Origin: Mycobacterium tuberculosis H37Rv
Lineage (GTDB): Bacteria; Actinomycetota; Actinomycetes; Mycobacteriales; Mycobacteriaceae
Direction of reading: 5' to 3'
Assembly: GCF_000195955.2 (NCBI RefSeq)
Contig: NC_000962.3
Coordinates: 4,379,533-4,411,532 of the forward strand
DNA: 32,000 nucleotides
Part shown: positions 31,398 through 32,000 of the stretch, piece by piece
How the letters are laid out: every line of letters begins with the position of its first letter
How positions within the stretch are numbered: the stretch's first letter is position 1
Notes under the pieces: generated by a model
Told to the model about the DNA's origin: nothing
What the model saw: the letters and a program-made list of their open reading frames with translations, nothing else
Database searches by the model: none
Translations under genes and position numbers: made by a program

Positions 31398-32000
31398 GGG
31401 CGTCTCCTCGCTATGTCTGGCAACATCACCATCCGGCCACTCACTGCCTTCCAACTCGATTGGCCCGCGGGACAGTCGGAGGTGGTTTTCGCTGCTGGCC
31501 GGCGCGGTCCCTGGACTAATCCAGGTCGCAGCCGCATCGCCGACTTTCGGGCGACTGTTCGAGGGTACTTACGCGCCTTCGCCTGGTCAAACCTCGCCCA
31601 CCCGGCAACCGCTTCAGGGCATCCTGCCCGCTAAGCTGCTCACCATCCGTACACCCGAGACCGCCACACTCACAAAGAACCCACCACAACGCAAAACAAC
31701 GGTTGGCAGCCGTACGGAAAACTGTTAGCTTCGGGCGGTGTAGTTATCACGCCGTTTCAGCGTGGAAACGGCACTCGACAATCAAGCGAGGATGGCGGAT
31801 CGACTAGCGGCCCGGACAACTTGAACCGGGTGTTTTCAACACGAGGATCGCGAGCCGTTGCCGGTAGGTTGCGGCTGGTTATCGACGGTACTGTCCACAT
31901 TTGTGGATAGCCATGTGGACAGTTCACCTGCCCACAACAACGGTTGTAGCTCGACCCGGAACCAAGACCCGGAACTAACGAGAACCAGGGAGATACGTCG
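31398..32000. promoter_or_regulatory. Divergent rpmH / dnaA upstream region at the origin-proximal end
   Basis: About 600 bp with no convincing coding sequence between divergent rpmH and the expected dnaA start just past the right edge (dnaA itself is not visible; inferred from conserved gene order). It contains DnaA-box-like motifs. Confidence 0.75.
31891..31922. promoter_or_regulatory. Cluster of three DnaA-box-like 9-mers
   Basis: CTGTCCACA (31891-31899, +), TGTGGATAG (31902-31910, complement of CTATCCACA) and TGTGGACAG (31914-31922, complement of CTGTCCACA). Each is close to the DnaA consensus TT(A/G)TCCACA. Confidence 0.6.

Overview
The window is a high-GC mycobacterial segment. Gene content and order match the Mycobacterium tuberculosis complex chromosome from the ESX-2 locus (eccC2/eccB2, Rv3894c-Rv3895c) to rpmH, just upstream of dnaA. 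This assignment comes from recalled gene families and order, not a database search. Order: partial eccC2; eccB2; an ESX-2 accessory block (Rv3896c-Rv3901c); a degraded transposase relic; the NAD glycohydrolase toxin/antitoxin module cpnT-ift with esxE/esxF; a DxDxDG calcium-binding-repeat protein; pcnA; mutT4; Rv3909; murJ-pseudokinase; sigM; its anti-sigma gene; trxB2-trxC; cwlM; an acetyltransferase-like gene; parB-parA-gid; jag-like; yidC; yidD; rnpA; rpmH; and the intergenic region leading to dnaA. Manual reading in alternative frames suggests decay in the ESX-2 accessory block: (i) Rv3901c lacks 2 nt in a CG run, and a conserved-looking 41-aa tail lies in another frame; (ii) Rv3900c and Rv3899c look like one roughly 720-aa gene split by a 1-nt indel in a G5 run; (iii) Rv3898c and Rv3897c are in the same frame, separated by one TAG plus four codons; (iv) Rv3897c has a 1-nt frameshift near its C-terminus. 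An unannotated relic resembling an ISAs1-type transposase C-terminus lies at ~7249-7690, between the ESX-2 block and the cpnT module. sigM carries a 1-nt shift that removes the sigma region 4 helix-turn-helix from the reading frame. Two perfect 18-bp parS palindromes and a cluster of three DnaA-box-like 9-mers are also present.
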